A stretch of 64,000 nt of DNA from Ignavibacteriota bacterium. Its GTDB lineage: Bacteria > Bacteroidota > Ignavibacteria > UBA10030. The stretch is taken from positions 1,280,001 through 1,344,000 of the forward strand of contig OY969585.1 of assembly GCA_963701295.1 (NCBI GenBank), written 5' to 3'. The position numbers and the translations under genes are program-made. Of the stretch, positions 19,835-29,038 are shown in pieces. The first letter of the stretch is position 1. Each line of letters starts with the position of its first letter. Below the pieces are notes generated by a model that searched no databases, was not told the DNA's origin, and saw only the letters and a list, made by a program, of their open reading frames with translations.

Positions 19835-20358
19835 CGCCTGTGTTCCATCTGTTGTTGCAGCATCTCTTCCACTTGGTTCACGCGTTCAGGATTGATCTCG
19901 ATCCACACCGGAAGTTGTTTCGAATTCTGCAATCCTAACTGATCGCGGGCAACCTGTTGGATTCGTTCTAGACTAGACAACCGGTTGATCTGCACCTTCA
20001 GCAGTTCCTGTCCATTAAGGATTTGCTGGTGCTTCATTTGAAGCTGATTGTTCTGTGCCAAGAGCCGGTCAACCGCTAAGATATTACCAATATAGAGAAC
20101 ACTTGCTATTGCACCGCCAAGAAGAATTAAGATAATGGTAAACGGAGATACCTTCCGCTGACTCTGCCTTTTGTTAAAGGCCAACGGAGTGTGATCAGAA
20201 GTTGTTGTCTCTCTACTCGGTGTAGTGTCTGTTCCATTGTACACCATATCCCGCGCTTCACGAATTTTTGGAATGGAAATCGTAGAAAACGATGGTTCGG
20301 ATTCTGCCATTGCACGAGCAGTATACACTTCATCAAGTTTTTGTGTTTCAGATTGCAC
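19831..20358 (-). CDS. ftsL: FtsL-like cell division protein
   Basis: Cytoplasmic N-terminus, one TM, coiled coil ending LSSLERIQQVARDQLGL; between rsmH and ftsI. Confidence 0.8.
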   Translation of the reverse strand: MQSETQKLDEVYTARAMAESEPSFSTISIPKIREARDMVYNGTDTTPSRETTTSDHTPLAFNKRQSQRKVSPFTIILILLGGAIASVLYIGNILAVDRLLAQNNQLQMKHQQILNGQELLKVQINRLSSLERIQQVARDQLGLQNSKQLPVWIEINPERVNQVEEMLQQQMEHRR

Positions 20359-20372
20359 GATTATTTTTCTTC

Positions 20373-21305
20373 CTATACTTTTTCGGCGGCACGGAGTTTT
20401 GCACTCCGTGAACGAGGATTTGCCGCAATTTCCTCTTCCGATGCTGTCACAGGCTTTCGCGTCAACACATTCAGAACAGGCTGCACAGGTGTATCTGGGA
20501 CAATTTTATTACCAGAAGAAATCGAGTGCGCCGATGCTGTGCGAAATGCCTCTTTTATCAAGCGATCCTCCAGTGAGTGGTAGGAGAGAACGACGATTCT
20601 CCCACCGGGGTTCAAGACATCAACGCAATCGCGAATTGCATGCCGGAGATTTTCCATCTCATTGTTCACTTCAATCCGCACCGCCTGAAAAACTCTCGCC
20701 AGAGTTTTATTTAGGAACTGACCGCTAACGGTTCGCTCTATTATAGCGGCAAGCTGGCCAGTGGATTCAATTGGATGTTGGATACGATAGTGTACCATCG
20801 CTCTTGCAATCCGTCGTGCGTGTTTCTCTTCGCCATAGTTCCAAAGAATATCCGCAAGCGATTGTTCGTCGTAGTGGTTGACAACATACTTGGCATCGAC
20901 TTGTTGATGATGATCCATCCGCATATCGAGCTGCGCATCGGTTCGAAAACTGAATCCTTTATTGGTCTCATCAATTTGAAACGATGAAACGCCGAGATCG
21001 AGCAGCACACCTTGAACCGTATTCACTCCTTGTTGAGAAAGAACAAACTTAATATTTCTGAAATTTTCTTTTACAATAATTGCGCGATCACAAAATTGTG
21101 CCAGGCGTTCACTTGATGCTGCCAATGCATCGTCATCAAGATCAATTCCAATCACTTTCCCCAAGTGGTCGAGTTGTTCAAGTACTGCTTTCGCGTGCCC
21201 CCCGCCGCCAAGTGTTCCATCAACATATAACGCATTTTTCGCAGTGAGAAGATATGTAAGAACCTCCTGTATAAGAACGGGAGTATGATATGTGTATGTC
21301 TCCAC
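20373..21305 (-). CDS. rsmH: 16S rRNA m4C1402 methyltransferase
   Basis: HTPVL, DGTLGGGGH, DLGVSS, LDMRM, SYHSLEDR, NPRSRSAKLR. Confidence 0.98.
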   Translation of the reverse strand: METYTYHTPVLIQEVLTYLLTAKNALYVDGTLGGGGHAKAVLEQLDHLGKVIGIDLDDDALAASSERLAQFCDRAIIVKENFRNIKFVLSQQGVNTVQGVLLDLGVSSFQIDETNKGFSFRTDAQLDMRMDHHQQVDAKYVVNHYDEQSLADILWNYGEEKHARRIARAMVHYRIQHPIESTGQLAAIIERTVSGQFLNKTLARVFQAVRIEVNNEMENLRHAIRDCVDVLNPGGRIVVLSYHSLEDRLIKEAFRTASAHSISSGNKIVPDTPVQPVLNVLTRKPVTASEEEIAANPRSRSAKLRAAEKV

Positions 21306-21319
21306 TCCGTGTCACGACG

Positions 21320-21775
21320 CTAGTGCTGGGGTTTAAAAACTTGTTCTGCAACGGTTTCATAAGTATCCGGATGATTTTTCTGATACTCTTCATACACAGA
21401 AGGATTCCAGATCTCAATCCGATCCAGCACACCGAGAATCAATACTTCATTATCAATATTCGCAAACTTCATTAACTCCGGGGGAAGTGTAATTCGAGAT
21501 TGTTGGTCGATCTTTGAATCATTTGCGCGTTCAAATAACGTTCGCGCATAGAAACGATGCTGTGCATCGAGGAATGAAAGACCCCGGACGAATTGTTCCA
21601 GCTTATTCCATTCATCCTGTGGATACACATAGAGGCAGCGCTCGAATCCGCGTGTAACGACAAAATTTCCTTTTACGCTCGTTGCAAGATTTATTCGCAG
21701 CTTTGCAGGAAGAGCCACACGCCCTTTCTCATCAACCGAATAAGAATATCTGCCTTTAAATGACGACACAAACAC
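21320..21775 (-). CDS. mraZ: dcw transcriptional regulator MraZ
   Basis: VDEKGRVALP and IDQQSRITLP repeats, GVLDRIEIW. Confidence 0.96.
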   Translation of the reverse strand: MFVSSFKGRYSYSVDEKGRVALPAKLRINLATSVKGNFVVTRGFERCLYVYPQDEWNKLEQFVRGLSFLDAQHRFYARTLFERANDSKIDQQSRITLPPELMKFANIDNEVLILGVLDRIEIWNPSVYEEYQKNHPDTYETVAEQVFKPQH

Positions 21776-21811
21776 CCTCTTAAGTTTTGTTTAAAATCAT
21801 CGGGAATCTTC

Positions 21812-21838
21812 TTCCCGAATTCCCCACTTTTCCCCACA
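21812..21838 (-). promoter_or_regulatory. MraZ-binding direct repeats
   Basis: Minus strand GTGGGG-AAAA-GTGGGG-AATTCGGGA: GTGGG boxes at 10-nt period upstream of mraZ, as known for dcw promoters. Confidence 0.7.
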
Positions 21839-22174
21839 CTGAAGATGAAATTTACGGAAATACACCAGAAAGTCAAGCGAAAATTAGGATATTTTATATT
21901 AAAAGAAGGAACGCTTGAAAAATTTTCCATGTGGGGCATTATCGGACTTCGGCTTGTATTTCAAGAATCTTTACCTCAGATGAATAATCCTCCTCTGCAA
22001 AACCGGAGGTTATTGTCTGTGAAAAAAAATCATGAACTGTTTTGTTGTGGTCGTTTGTTCAGTCCGTTCATTAAGTTGGGCATGCAGTATGAAATAAAGC
22101 ACAAAAGGGGATTTGAATTTATCCGATCAATTCAATAGCTTGGCATTGTCGCAGAGAAAACGGAACATAAAGCA

Positions 22175-23311
22175 ATGTCACAAAACAGAAGAGAGTTTCT
22201 TAAATCCACCGCACTTCTAAGCGGTGCCGCAATGATGATCAACGATCCGTATCAATCTATTGCCGGAAATATTCCAGCTCATTTTAAGATCGGTACGATG
22301 AAACTGACATATCGTCCGTACACATTGGAACTGAAACACGTATTCACCATTGCAACGAATTCTCGAATGACAACTCCTGTTGTGCTCACAGAGATTGAAT
22401 TGAATGGAGTGATCGGATATGGTGAAGCTTCTATGCCGCCGTATCTTGGTGAGTCACATGAAACTGTACAGGTGTTTCTCTCCAAAATTGATTTGAGCAA
22501 GTACGAAAATCCATTTGATCTTGAAACCATTCTGAATAACGTCGATACACTTAAACCGGGTAATACAGCCGCAAAGGCATCTGTGGATATTGCGCTTCAC
22601 GATCTTATCGGCAAGTTGATGGGACAGCCATGGTTCAATATTTGGGGATATGATAAAAACAAAACACCGAACACGTCCTTCACTATTGGTATAGACACGC
22701 CGGAGGTTGTAAGGCAGAAAACGAAGGAAGCAGAAGAGTTTAAAGTGTTGAAAGTGAAACTTGGTCGCGATACTGATAAGGAGATGATCGAAACGATTCG
22801 TTCGGTCACCGATAAACCATTAACCGGTGACGTGAATCAAGGATGGAAGGACAAAGAGAAAGCATTGGAAATGCTTCACTGGTTGAACGAGCGAAACATG
22901 GTGATGATCGAACAGCCGTTGCCGAAAGAACAGATAGACGATTTGGCATGGTTAACAGAGCGTTCACCGCTTCCGATTATCGGTGATGAAGGAGTGCAGC
23001 GTCTTACCGATATAAAAAAAGCTGTCGGTGTCTATCATGGTATTAATATTAAATTAATGAAATGCACAGGAATGCGCGAGGCGCAGAAGATGCTTACACT
23101 TGCCCGCTCGCTGGGAATGAAAGTCATGGTTGGCTGCATGACGGAAACATCGTGTGCGATATCCGCAGCATCCCATCTCTCACCGATGGTTGATTGGGCA
23201 GATCTTGATGGTGCGTTGCTCATCAAGAACGATGTCTTTGACGGCACGAAAATCATCGATGGAAAAGTGACACTCATGGACCAGCCGGGAATTGGCGTTG
23301 TGAAAGTGTAA
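22175..23311 (+). CDS. Dipeptide (L-Ala-D/L-Glu) epimerase, enolase superfamily, with Tat signal
   Basis: NRREFLK twin-arginine motif; KVKLG, DVNQGW, EQP, INIKLMK, GCMTE, DLDG. Confidence 0.9.
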   Translation: MSQNRREFLKSTALLSGAAMMINDPYQSIAGNIPAHFKIGTMKLTYRPYTLELKHVFTIATNSRMTTPVVLTEIELNGVIGYGEASMPPYLGESHETVQVFLSKIDLSKYENPFDLETILNNVDTLKPGNTAAKASVDIALHDLIGKLMGQPWFNIWGYDKNKTPNTSFTIGIDTPEVVRQKTKEAEEFKVLKVKLGRDTDKEMIETIRSVTDKPLTGDVNQGWKDKEKALEMLHWLNERNMVMIEQPLPKEQIDDLAWLTERSPLPIIGDEGVQRLTDIKKAVGVYHGINIKLMKCTGMREAQKMLTLARSLGMKVMVGCMTETSCAISAASHLSPMVDWADLDGALLIKNDVFDGTKIIDGKVTLMDQPGIGVVKV

Positions 23312-23357
23312 TCTCATTGATGATGTACAGTCAAAATAATTGTATACTAGGAAGGTA

Positions 23358-23960
23358 TTAGAGGATACCTAAATTTTGTAAATCTGTTTCCAACTGCCCA
23401 GTACTTTCAAACCGTATTGCCTGCATTCCTGCACTTTTTGCTGCTTTCACATTCTCAGCAATATCATCAATGAACAGCATTTTGGAAGGAAGTATTCCCT
23501 GGTCTTTGATGATGGCATCATAGAAACCGCGTGCTGGTTTCATTACTCGTAATTGGTACGAGAGATAATGCTTCTGAAGAATTTTAAGTACTTCGAATTT
23601 TGTTAAACTGAGCCTGTAATGAATTTCATTGGTGTTACTGACCAACGCCGTTTGATGCGTTCGTGAAACCTGCTGTACGATATCTTCCATTCCTTCCACA
23701 GGTTTTTGAATAATACATGCGAATGCTTGCTCGATTCGTTGTGGAGTAAATTGTTGATTAAAGACAGTGCGAAGCCCGTTGAGGTATAAATCCGTAGAAA
23801 TCTGTCCGGTTTCGTATTGCTGTGTTAATGATGTGTATCCTTCTGTATAAGGAATCATTTCTTCAGCGCGGAGAAATCCAAGGTCGCGCCAGAATGCATT
23901 GAAATCGATATATGCAATGACATTTCCAAGATCAAACAATACAGTGCTGATTTGTTTCAT
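23358..23960 (-). CDS. HAD-family phosphatase (YihX-like)
   Basis: FDLGNV, SNTN, KP and FIDD..ENV motifs. Confidence 0.9.
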   Translation of the reverse strand: MKQISTVLFDLGNVIAYIDFNAFWRDLGFLRAEEMIPYTEGYTSLTQQYETGQISTDLYLNGLRTVFNQQFTPQRIEQAFACIIQKPVEGMEDIVQQVSRTHQTALVSNTNEIHYRLSLTKFEVLKILQKHYLSYQLRVMKPARGFYDAIIKDQGILPSKMLFIDDIAENVKAAKSAGMQAIRFESTGQLETDLQNLGIL

Positions 23961-24120
23961 TCACCAATCTCCATTCTTCTCATTTTCCTGTAAGATCGCA
24001 AGAAGTCTTGAAAGATAAAAATATAAAGAATCAACGGGAACCTAGCTCATTGTTTTTTTTGTTATTTATTTTGACAGCAAATTGTCACAAATTCAACATT
24101 AATGGAAAGAGGATTTTTAT

Positions 24121-24684
24121 ATGATAAAAATCAACACACCAGCTCCCGATTTCACTGAAGATGCGTATTTGAACAACCAAATCAAGAAAATTTCTCTGAA
24201 AGAATATCGAGGCAAATGGGTGGTTCTGTTCTTCTATCCGGCAGACTTCACATTTGTATGTCCGACGGAACTTGGAGAATTAGCAGATCATTATGCCGAG
24301 ATCAAAGCAGAAGGTGCGGAAGTTATTTCGGTCAGCGTTGATACCGGATTTGTGCACAAAGCATGGCATGACGCTTCCGAAACGATTAAGAAAATCAAAT
24401 ATCCTATGTTGGCAGATCCAGCACGCCGGGTATGCACAGAATATGGCACACTCATTGAGGAGGAAGGATTGTCGCTTCGCGGAACATTTCTGATCGATCC
24501 TCAGGGTATCTTGAAGGCCTACGAAATCAACAATAACAGCATTGGCCGCAGTGTTGATGAAATTATTCGCAAACTTCAAGCGGCAAAATTTGTTGCCGAA
24601 CATGGTGGTGAAGTATGTCCGATGAACTGGAAGCCGGGAGCAAAAACGCTGAAGCCAGGTTTGGATTTAGTGGGAAAGATATGA
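24121..24684 (+). CDS. ahpC: 2-Cys peroxiredoxin AhpC
   Basis: FYPADFTFVCPTE and GEVCP..W motifs. Confidence 0.95.
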   Translation: MIKINTPAPDFTEDAYLNNQIKKISLKEYRGKWVVLFFYPADFTFVCPTELGELADHYAEIKAEGAEVISVSVDTGFVHKAWHDASETIKKIKYPMLADPARRVCTEYGTLIEEEGLSLRGTFLIDPQGILKAYEINNNSIGRSVDEIIRKLQAAKFVAEHGGEVCPMNWKPGAKTLKPGLDLVGKI

Positions 24685-24806
24685 GGAATGGGAAGAATCT
24701 CGATGGAAGCTTTTTTGGGATTTTAGGAAATAAAGAAGGCGTTTGAGTTCTATTTTATCAAGAGTCTTGTACTCATGCGAAATCAATCTTTAGCTGAAGA
24801 GAGTGG

Positions 24807-26024
24807 TTAATACTCTTTCCGGTTCGCATAGAAATTCATCAGCAATCCGATCATCATCATATTGGCAACGAGTGCAGAACCACCATAGCTGATAAAAGGA
24901 AGTGGAATACCAACCGCCGGCAACAATCCCATCGACATACCGGTATTTATAATGATGTGGGCGCCGAAAATTCCCATAATACCAATCGCTGCCAGACTAC
25001 CAAATCTATTTTTTGAAATACTTGCAACTCGAAGTGCATGCAACAAAAGCGCTGCATACAATCCTAACATGATCGATGCCCCTAAAAATCCAAACTCTTC
25101 TCCGGTTACGCAAAAAATAAAATCTGTCCATTGTTCGGGAATATAATTCAATTGTGTCTGCGGTCCTTTGAGAAATCCTTTACCGAAGAATCCGCCTGAG
25201 CCGATTGCAATTTTTGATTGAACAACATTGTAGCCCGAACCCAAAGGGTCGGCTTCAGGATTCAAGAACACAGAAATTCTTTTTTGTTGATACACGTGCA
25301 TGCGTTCGTACACAACCTGCACGGAAAGTCCGATTGCTAATGTAATGCCAAATGCCACTGCTACCGTAAATCTATTCTCACGAAAGATGTACAGCAGTAT
25401 TGTACCGATAGCAATTGCAATGAGAAATTGTGTTGTACCTAAGAGGGCACCAAATGCTGCCAGAATAGGAACAAGAATAGCAATAAGGATAAAGTTTGAT
25501 GCGCCTGCCCAATAGAGTAATGGCAGTAAAGCTGCAAAAAAGACAATGGCGGTTCCGAGGTCAGGCTGCGCAAGGATGAGAAACATCGGTGCAGCGAATA
25601 TACAGAGGGAGATAGAAAGATGTTTAACCTGCGAGATGGAGACATCGGTTCTCGAAAGGTAAGAGGCGAATGCTATCACAGTTGCAATCTTAGCAAACTC
25701 AGACGGTTGTCCACCGAGTCCACCGATTCCAGACCATCTCTTTGAACCTTTGACGGTACTTCCAATAACTAAGACGATCACAAGGATAGCAAGTACAATA
25801 AAATAAAATGAAATCGAAAGCCGCTGCAAAGTTCGGAGGGGAATAAAGGATGTAACTATCATGATGATAAAACCAATACCTGCCCAGAGAACTTGACGGT
25901 GGAAGTTCGCTGCGTTGTTGATAACGAATGTCGCACTGAAAATGGATACTAACCCAATGACCACCAACACAACGCAGATAAGAAACGCGCGGAAGTCGAA
26001 ATATTCTTTGAAGTACGAGAACAT
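24807..26024 (-). CDS. rodA: Rod shape-determining SEDS protein RodA
   Basis: QPSEFAK, QPDLGT, PEQWTDFIF, PFISYGGS; follows mrdA. Confidence 0.95.
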   Translation of the reverse strand: MFSYFKEYFDFRAFLICVVLVVIGLVSIFSATFVINNAANFHRQVLWAGIGFIIMIVTSFIPLRTLQRLSISFYFIVLAILVIVLVIGSTVKGSKRWSGIGGLGGQPSEFAKIATVIAFASYLSRTDVSISQVKHLSISLCIFAAPMFLILAQPDLGTAIVFFAALLPLLYWAGASNFILIAILVPILAAFGALLGTTQFLIAIAIGTILLYIFRENRFTVAVAFGITLAIGLSVQVVYERMHVYQQKRISVFLNPEADPLGSGYNVVQSKIAIGSGGFFGKGFLKGPQTQLNYIPEQWTDFIFCVTGEEFGFLGASIMLGLYAALLLHALRVASISKNRFGSLAAIGIMGIFGAHIIINTGMSMGLLPAVGIPLPFISYGGSALVANMMMIGLLMNFYANRKEY

Positions 26025-26025
26025 A

Positions 26026-27876
26026 TTAATGTTTTCCTCTTTCAGTTGTGTGCATTATTGTGTCATGCGGTGTTGTTGCAGAAACGGGCGTGCTTACTTT
26101 CCGGCGTAATTCACCGAAAAGATATTTCTCCATGACCATGCCGGCAATAGGAGCTGCTTTCGTCCCTCCGAATCCGGCATTCTCCAGCATTACGGCGATC
26201 GCAATTCTTGGATGATCAAAAGGAGCAAAACCGACGTACCATGCATGATCTGCTCCGTGCGGATTTTGTGCGGTTCCTGTTTTCCCGGCTGAGACGACAC
26301 CGGAGATACGTGCCAAGCCGCCAGTGCCTCCTGGTTCTTCAACAACCCGCCGCATACCTTCTCGGATCATTCTCATCACATCGCTATTAAGCCACACCGG
26401 AATTTCACTATGATCTATAATGTCGACCCTGTTTGTACGTTTATTGCGGATCGAATTGACTGCGTGTGGCTGAAGGAGTGTACCGTTGTTTGCTAAGGCT
26501 GCGACATACTGCGCCATCTGCAACGGCGAGACACCGATCTCACCTTGACCGATGCCGAGACTGACAAGATTTCCCTGAGTCCATTTTTCCTTTCCGTATA
26601 CTCGATCGTAGTACTCTGTGGATGGAATAAGCCCTGATGTTTCATCACCAATATCAATTCCGGTTGGCTTACCGAATCCAAACCGCTCAGCATATTCATA
26701 AAGCTTATCTAATCCAATTTTCAATATGAGTTGATAGAAAAAAACATCGCACGATTGTTGAATAGCTTCCACTACATTAACGGATCCATGTACGTGAGTA
26801 TCCTTGAACACCTTTTTCCCGAACCGGAATGAACCTCCGCATATAATGCGATAATGTTCGTCAATGATGCCTTCTTCCAGCGCAGCGGCTGCAATAAGCA
26901 TCTTGAAGGTAGAACCGGGCGGGTAGCGTGTCATCGTGGCACGATTGAAAAGAGGCTTGTCGGGATCGGTATTTAGTTTTGTCCAGACTTCAGACGAAGT
27001 GACACCGCTGAACACTGACGGATCGAAATCCGGCTTGCTCACTATCGCAAGCACACCACCGTCGTTTGGATCGATGGCAACCAACGCACCACGATAATTT
27101 GTCATGAGCGATTCTGCGAATGCTTGAAGTCCGAAATCAATGCTGAGCATAAGATCGAATCCTTCTTTCGAAGCGACATCACGTCGTCCTTCTTCCAGCG
27201 GTCCGAGAAGTTGTCCTTTGGAATTGACAGAGATGAACTCGTATCCCTTTTCGCCGCGAAGGAATGTTTCGTAACTTGCCTCTAATCCGGATGAACCGAC
27301 AAGGTCACCTTGTCGATATACAGTACTGGATCTTGCAAGTTGAGCGTCAGTAATTTCTTTGCAATAGCCGAGTAAATGCGGCGCACGTATGTTGAATGGA
27401 TACAATCGCTTGGATTCCACTTCATAGCTGACTCCAGGAAGTAAGTAGAGATTTTCTTCCACGTGGGAGAGAGTTTTGAAATCAACATCACGGAGAACAC
27501 GCACGGGAGAAAACCGTGAATATGCACGTCCGCGATTGATGCGTCCTTGAATAAGCGCAGGATCTAACTGCAATAGCGAACTCAAGAAACCGAGATTGTT
27601 TGTATCGAAAATTGCAGGTGTCACAGTAATCGAGTACGCTGGTCCCACATCCACGACAAGACGACCGGTACGATCAAACATATATCCTCGCACCGGTTCT
27701 TTGACAACCACGCGCACACTGTTTTCCTCGGATTTTTTTCCAAACTCAGTATACGACAATAATTGAAGCTGGTAGAGCCGAAGAAAAAGGACAACAAATG
27801 CTAGTATAATGATGATCTCTAAGACGCGTCTCCGCGAAGATACGTCAATTTCGCCTACAGTGATCATTGTGCCCAC
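26026..27876 (-). CDS. mrdA: Penicillin-binding protein 2
   Basis: RGYMFDR, YPPGSTFK, SCDVFFY, KTGTAQ, DHAW. Confidence 0.95.
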   Translation of the reverse strand: MGTMITVGEIDVSSRRRVLEIIIILAFVVLFLRLYQLQLLSYTEFGKKSEENSVRVVVKEPVRGYMFDRTGRLVVDVGPAYSITVTPAIFDTNNLGFLSSLLQLDPALIQGRINRGRAYSRFSPVRVLRDVDFKTLSHVEENLYLLPGVSYEVESKRLYPFNIRAPHLLGYCKEITDAQLARSSTVYRQGDLVGSSGLEASYETFLRGEKGYEFISVNSKGQLLGPLEEGRRDVASKEGFDLMLSIDFGLQAFAESLMTNYRGALVAIDPNDGGVLAIVSKPDFDPSVFSGVTSSEVWTKLNTDPDKPLFNRATMTRYPPGSTFKMLIAAAALEEGIIDEHYRIICGGSFRFGKKVFKDTHVHGSVNVVEAIQQSCDVFFYQLILKIGLDKLYEYAERFGFGKPTGIDIGDETSGLIPSTEYYDRVYGKEKWTQGNLVSLGIGQGEIGVSPLQMAQYVAALANNGTLLQPHAVNSIRNKRTNRVDIIDHSEIPVWLNSDVMRMIREGMRRVVEEPGGTGGLARISGVVSAGKTGTAQNPHGADHAWYVGFAPFDHPRIAIAVMLENAGFGGTKAAPIAGMVMEKYLFGELRRKVSTPVSATTPHDTIMHTTERGKH

Positions 27877-28361
27877 GAGACATTAAATTTGCGGGAGAAG
27901 AAAAACATCGGCAAAATGCCGATGATGCATGTGTATAGTGTCATTCCCAATGTAGACTCCAGCGTAGAGATGATAATTGAATTTTCGTTTCCTTGAAAGA
28001 AAATGGCAAAGTACACGAAATTATGAACTATGGAGCACATCCCGATGAGCAACAGATATCGGTATGATCCAAGTGTCTGCTCAGTTGTATTTTCATTGAA
28101 GAAATAGCCTGCCACGAATCCGGCAACAGTCTTCGAGAGCGCAGCAAGACCGAAAAACTTTATAGCAATTATATCTTGAAGCAAACCGACGATAAACCCC
28201 GAGATGGTTGCTTCGATTTGTCCGCGGCGTAAAGCGATATATACCAGATACAAAATAAATAAATCGGGGAGATATCCACTGAGTGAGATGAACGGGATGA
28301 AGGTGGTTTGGAGTAGTACCAAACCGATGACTATAAAAGCAGAACGTATGTAAGTTTGCAT
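27864..28361 (-). CDS. mreD: Rod shape-determining protein MreD
   Basis: Polytopic membrane protein with PDL and GFIVGLLQD; upstream of mrdA; start taken at ATG 28361 after CGGAGAG. Confidence 0.88.
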   Translation of the reverse strand: MQTYIRSAFIVIGLVLLQTTFIPFISLSGYLPDLFILYLVYIALRRGQIEATISGFIVGLLQDIIAIKFFGLAALSKTVAGFVAGYFFNENTTEQTLGSYRYLLLIGMCSIVHNFVYFAIFFQGNENSIIISTLESTLGMTLYTCIIGILPMFFFSRKFNVSWAQ

Positions 28362-28454
28362 TTCTCTCCGTAGATTAGTTTCAGAAAAATAGTACCGAGA
28401 AATGGAGAGAGAAGCAAGAACGAGTATAGAAAAGAAACTGAAAAATTCTATGGA

Positions 28455-28496
28455 TAGGAAAAACACAAAGAGCCAGTCGAGGAAACCTGGCTCTTT
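28455..28496 (-). terminator. Intrinsic terminator after the Spy-like gene
   Basis: 10-bp stem AAAGAGCCAG/CTGGCTCTTT followed by GTGTTTTT on the minus strand. Confidence 0.65.
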
Positions 28497-28515
28497 GCGA
28501 TGCAACGGTTGTCTA

Positions 28516-28899
28516 TTATTTGCCGGTATTCATTCGTCTGCTCATCTGTGCTCGGCGATCCTTTACCATTTTGTCATAAGCCTTGGCCTGCTCTTCAGTA
28601 AGAACTTCCTTGATTTTGTTATCTGTCTTTTTCATTATCTCCTGTGCTACATCGTGTATTGCCTGGCGGTCGTCGCGATTCTCATTCATCGCTGTAGTCA
28701 TCTCTTCACGTTGATCTTCGAGTATCGTCGTGATCTTTTTGGTTTGTTCGTCACTTAATTTCAGTGTGTCTTTGAGAATCTTAATGCGCTCCTCAACAGA
28801 CATCCGTTGTCGTTGAGCTTGTGACACAGATGATAAGAGCATCAGCACTCCGAGAAGAAAAACGATTACTGCGGTCATTCGCTTGATATTTATGAACAT
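28516..28899 (-). CDS. Secreted Spy/CpxP-like helical protein
   Basis: Signal peptide ending SQA; LKLSDEQ and VLTEEQ LTxxQ-type motifs; RBS AAAGGA before ATG 28899. Confidence 0.7.
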   Translation of the reverse strand: MFINIKRMTAVIVFLLGVLMLLSSVSQAQRQRMSVEERIKILKDTLKLSDEQTKKITTILEDQREEMTTAMNENRDDRQAIHDVAQEIMKKTDNKIKEVLTEEQAKAYDKMVKDRRAQMSRRMNTGK

Positions 28900-29038
28900 A
28901 AAGTTGTCCTTTCTTGAATGATTATTGGCCAACGTTCGTTTTTCCGCACCAAACTGCTTGGGGAAGAACGTTTCATGTAGAGTGAATCTTGTCTCATTAT
29001 ATTAATAAACGTGTACAACACAAAAATGTTTCTGTTCT

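Noticed and set aside
21845-22138. 97-aa ORF between mraZ and the epimerase
   Set aside because: No motif; occupies a divergent promoter region; likely spurious
28362-28505. N-terminal extension of MreD in the ORF track
   Set aside because: Spans a terminator hairpin and a pyrimidine-rich tract on the coding strand; an RBS-like sequence precedes ATG 28361
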